NCBI GenBank assembly: GCA_964404605.1
Contig: CAYOKT010000002.1
Location: 30,241 to 81,591 of the forward strand
Direction of reading: 5' to 3'
Length of the DNA stretch: 51,351 bases
Origin: an uncultured bacterium
GTDB lineage: Bacteria; Electryoneota; Electryoneia; Electryoneales; Electryoneaceae
Of the stretch, positions 50,503 to 51,351 are shown piece by piece. How positions within the stretch are numbered: position 1 is the stretch's first letter; the number at the start of each line of letters is the position of its first letter. The translations under genes were made by a program, and so were the position numbers. The notes beneath the pieces are model-generated. The model saw only the letters and a program-made list of their open reading frames with translations. It was not told the origin of the DNA and made no database searches.

Positions 50503-51059
50503 GGTTGCAGGTTTAGGGTTGAGTAATCCTTGCCGAGAACCAGGGTCAGGTCGATGTCGACCAGGTCCGGGTCGGCACGGGAGATGACACGGTGAGAGGG
50601 TATCCCGAGCAGCCCGGCAAGACGCTTCGCCTGCCCGGGGAGAGAACTGCGATCGTAGATGACCGAACTGGGGTAATCCAGGCGGTCGGCGTTCCGGGTG
50701 TCGCGGATGTCATACCCCCGTGTACGAAGAAGGTTCGCATACTTCGCCGCGAGACCGGAGACTCCGCAACCGTTCAGGATTTCGATCCTGACCGCGCGCT
50801 CGAGGGGCACTTCCGGGGGGAGTTCGCCGGTCTCCGGGAGATCGACCACCGGTTGCGTGTTCTCGGGCACCGCGGCCTGGCCGGCTGTCGCTTTTCCCTG
50901 TTCGGCAAGCTGGGCGCCGCGCCTCGCGGCGGGTTTCACACCCGCGATATTCCCACGGAAGGGGACGAGGAGAAAAATGAGGACGACAGCGAGCAACAAC
51001 ACCTGGAGGGCGACAAGCACCGTGAGCAGGTTCAACCTGCGCTCGAGTCCGCCTGACAT
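50499..51059 (-). CDS. LytR_C-domain membrane protein
   Basis: Protein of about 186 aa from ATG 51059 with an N-terminal TM (LLTVLVALQVLLLAVVLIFLLV). The C-terminal VRIEILNGCGVSGLAAKYANLLRTRGYDIRDTRNADRLDYPSSVIYD...DLTLVLGKDY matches the LytR C-terminal domain pattern. Confidence 0.65.
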   Translation of the reverse strand: MSGGLERRLNLLTVLVALQVLLLAVVLIFLLVPFRGNIAGVKPAARRGAQLAEQGKATAGQAAVPENTQPVVDLPETGELPPEVPLERAVRIEILNGCGVSGLAAKYANLLRTRGYDIRDTRNADRLDYPSSVIYDRSSLPGQAKRLAGLLGIPSHRVISRADPDLVDIDLTLVLGKDYSTLNLQP

Positions 51060-51125
51060 GTGACGCCCCGTGTCACGGGGCGGTACACGGGTCATCCGGC
51101 CTACTCCCTCCGTTTAGAGTCTCTT

Positions 51126-51317
51126 TCCAACCCTCCCCCGCGCCCGGGGTCGCTTGAAACCCTGTCATCGAAGCTGACAGGGCCGCCCCTCGAATTGACA
51201 GGGCCACCCCCGAAGCTGGGCAGCGTGGCCCGGGACTTCAGTCCCGGGTTTCATTCCCAACCTTCCCGCGCCAGGGGTGGTGTGAAACCCTGTCATCGGA
51301 GCTGACAGGGCCACCCC
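51126..51317. repeat. pair of ~64-nt direct repeats, each with an 8-bp hairpin (ccctgtca-N7-tgacaggg), plus an extra half-copy and a GGGAC hairpin
   Basis: Copy 1 is 51126-51189 (tccaaccctcccccgcgcccggggtcgcttgaaaccctgtcatcgaagctgacagggccgcccc). Copy 2 is 51255-51317 (tcccaaccttcccgcgccaggggtggtgtgaaaccctgtcatcggagctgacagggccacccc). A third ttgacagggccaccccc lies at 51195-51211. A perfect hairpin cccgggac-ttca-gtcccggg lies at 51229-51248. Confidence 0.65.
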
Positions 51318-51351
51318 CGCCGGGGCGGGTTACCTCCTCGAAGTGCGGTAC

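Noticed and set aside
97-51059. In-window selenoprotein genes (in-frame TGA) prompted by the tRNA-Sec.
   Set aside because: All family-assignable genes have complete-looking lengths, and the inter-ORF gaps are too small to hide a TGA-split gene. I saw no adjacent same-frame ORF pair suggesting read-through. This was only an inspection by eye, so a SECIS or bSECISearch scan would be the proper test.
51126-51317. Possible start of a CRISPR array at the right edge.
   Set aside because: Only two full units and one half-unit are visible. The units are about 64 nt and only ~85% identical, the spacing is irregular, each is dominated by its own internal hairpin, and no cas genes are present. The pattern is more consistent with REP-type elements.

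Overview
This is a high-GC bacterial chromosomal window. It most likely comes from a diderm of an FCB-type lineage, which I infer from the fused lpxC-fabZ gene, the BamA/TamB/Skp/Lpx genes and a T9SS-like C-terminal-domain remnant. I support about 43 CDS and one tRNA on the minus strand. The only plus-strand call is a decayed gene fragment. Genes are tightly packed, with many 4-nt ATGA/GTGA stop-start overlaps.

Gene content, left to right:
- Sugar-phosphate and SAM-related genes: a cNMP-binding protein, a HAD hydrolase, pgi and a DUF62 SAM hydrolase.
- A LemA / nucleotidyltransferase / TPM trio.
- lspA, a dksA-like gene, ileS, divIVA and yggS.
- The only sizeable non-coding gap, which holds a hairpin-forming element bounded by inverted repeats and an orphan secretion-tag remnant.
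- An alpha/beta hydrolase, REP-like palindromes and tRNA-Sec.
- A zinc-ribbon protein, mpl, a large secreted M1 peptidase, an orphan DNA methyltransferase and a PfkB kinase.
- A SPOR protein, class A PBP and unknown membrane protein.
- Three glycosyltransferases, a LolB-like lipoprotein, a TPR lipoprotein and rseP.
- An outer-membrane biogenesis block: lpxA, lpxC-fabZ, lpxD, skp, bamA, tamB and uppS.
- mtnA, a second PfkB kinase, argS, rsfS and a LytR_C protein.
- A cluster of palindromic repeats at the right edge.

I see no CRISPR array, transposase, integrase or recognisable defense island. The window is mainly housekeeping and envelope genes.

The most unusual items are the structured 268-nt element at 12.3-12.6 kb, an ArgRS whose HIGH signature reads NVVS, an orphan methyltransferase wedged into a housekeeping operon, the unknown partners translationally coupled to PBP1A, and the stand-alone tRNA-Sec.

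All calls rest on reading motifs in the supplied translations and DNA. No database search was run.
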